A DNA stretch of 64,000 nucleotides from Macrostomum lignano (lineage: Eukaryota): contig NIVC01000561.1 of NCBI GenBank assembly GCA_002269645.1, positions 372,001 to 436,000 of the forward strand. The letters run 5' to 3'. Positions within the stretch are counted from its first letter, which is position 1. Every line of letters starts with the position of its first letter. This document shows, one piece after another, positions 56,441-64,000 of this stretch. The notes below the pieces were generated by a model. It searched no databases. It saw nothing but the letters and a program-made list of their open reading frames with translations, and was not told the origin of the DNA. The translations under genes and the position numbers were made by a program.

Positions 56441-56570
56441 GGCAGACAGAAAGACAGACAGACAGACAAACAGACAGACTGACAGACAAACAAGCACTAA
56501 GGCAGGCAGACAGAAAGACAGACAAACAAACACCAAAGCAGACAGACAGACAGACAGACAGACACATCGA
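56130..56570. repeat. (GACA)n microsatellite
   Basis: Directly visible. Confidence 0.93.
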
Positions 56571-57159
56571 CTGAAAAGTCAAACTGTGATTGTTGCAGGA
56601 CCTGCAATGTCCATATTATACAACGACAAGTAGCTTGCAACTCTGATGATAATTTGTTTAGTTCAGCCCCGAGGCGGCTAAAAGCAGTTCGTATTGCACA
56701 CGCAGTTCAAGCAACCAATGAGATGAACTGGAGTATGCGACTGGTTCGTTGTCTCTGATAATTACTTTGAGCCGAACCGTATGCACTAAGTTTGAATTGC
56801 CCAGAGCACTGAGTTTATCATGCAGGTATTCACATATGAACATTTATAAAAGTATCTTCTTACTGATTAGCAATTGGATAGGAAGCAAATTTGAGAAATC
56901 TAAAAAAAATCAACTCGAGTGGCAATAGCTCACAATATTTTCAGTTAAAGTACGTACAGCTTGAAAAAGTTACACACGTGAGTTCACAAAGGTTTATCAG
57001 TGCTTTTGTCTAATTAGCAACCAATCTTTCGAGTTTTCGACAAAAGCCCAAACAGAAATATAACCTTCAGAACGCACCTCAATAAACCCTCTCTTCTTGG
57101 ATTTTATGCTCGTAGTTAATGAGTTATTTATAGACAATAAAATTTTATTCGTCTCCACT

Positions 57160-57395
57160 CCACTTTCTTCCCTTCCCTGCACTCTGGTTGGCTGATCTTA
57201 TCTAAGCAACCTCACTCCGACTTCTTCCCTTCCCTACACTCTAATTGGCTGACTTAATCTAGGCAACCACCTCACTCTGATTTCTTCCCTGCCATGCACT
57301 CTGATTGGCTGACCAAATCTAGGCGACCACCTCACTCCGATTTTTTCCTTTCCCTGCACTCTGAATGCCTGACCAAATCTAGGCGACCACCTCGC
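57160..57395 (+). promoter_or_regulatory. Four ~60-bp tandem units, most with a CCAAT-box-like ctgattggctga, upstream of the Amt ATG
   Basis: Units at ~57180, 57237, 57297 and 57357; the middle two have an intact ATTGG. Regulatory function is inferred. Confidence 0.4.
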
Positions 57396-57455
57396 TCATT
57401 TAGTCCTTCGCTCTAGCACCCGAACCAGCCAACCCATCCTCCTCTTCGACAGCAG

Positions 57456-63461
<6,006 letters not shown>

Positions 63462-63849
63462 CGATGTTGCTAATGAGAATTGATATTAGCTGCTTTCTCT
63501 ACTGAATCAGTAGTATGGTGCAGACTTCAATCTTTATTTACGTATTAAATAATAGTAGCGAAATTCGTGTGAAAAAGTGACTTTTATTGTCGGCGTATCC
63601 ATATCCATCTCAAAAGAAGCTTAGGTTTGTTTCCCCACATCTAAATGCGATTTATTTCTAATAGTCATAAGAAATAGATTTGTTGAGTTAAATAATCTTC
63701 TCAAGGATTAGCAGAGCTTAGAGAGGCAAAGCGAAATTTTTTTTCAGTTTATTTTCAACCAATTCCATGGATGTCTGTGCAACTGTTCCAGTAGAGCTGG
63801 TCACCAAAACTGGATTAAAATGTTGCAATCAATCAATTTTCTAACCCCC

Positions 63850-64000
63850 TGCACCCACCTCATGATCCACTCCCTTCCTCCTCCTCCAGCACCCACCTCG
63901 CTCCACTCCTTCCTCCTCCAGCACCCACCTCGCTCCACTCCCTTCCTCCTCCTCCAGCACCCACCTCGCTCCACTCCTTCCTCCTCCAGCACCCACCTCG
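63850..64000. repeat. C-rich 33-36-bp repeat (cacccacctcgctccactcccttcctcctcctccag), truncated by the window edge
   Basis: Directly visible. Confidence 0.85.

Overview
Eukaryotic (animal) genomic DNA with GC-rich exons, GT-AG introns and a different minisatellite or microsatellite in almost every long intron. The style suggests a flatworm such as Macrostomum, but that is inference only. I reconstructed exon structures by hand and checked splice phases. (1) Two tandem minus-strand paralogues (2136-6571 and 10675-15289) each encode ~12 ankyrin repeats, a cGAS/Mab-21-like nucleotidyltransferase with an intact GS..DxD..D signature and a CxxC-x7-CxxC insert, and a long helical tail. Decayed remnants of further copies lie between and beside them. 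This ANK-cGLR cluster is the most interesting element in the window. (2) An 8-exon subtilisin/kexin proprotein convertase (18142-27539, +). (3) An orphan multi-exon gene with repeated Gly-centred beta-hairpin-like motifs (30244-36237, +). (4) A 699-bp foldback/MITE with an 8-bp TSD (37278-37976). (5) A cytosolic-type sulfotransferase with a mitochondrial-presequence-like N-terminus and TM segment (43594-46495, +), closely followed by a TMPPE-like metallophosphoesterase (47215-50222, +), possibly as a trans-spliced operon. (6) A low-complexity orphan gene fragment (53033-54464, -). (7) A 6-exon ammonium transporter (57456-63461, +). I see no rRNA, tRNA or CRISPR array. Most long ORFs in the six-frame track are artefacts of tandem repeats or antisense GC-rich exons. 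No database searches were run, so all family assignments rest on motif recognition.
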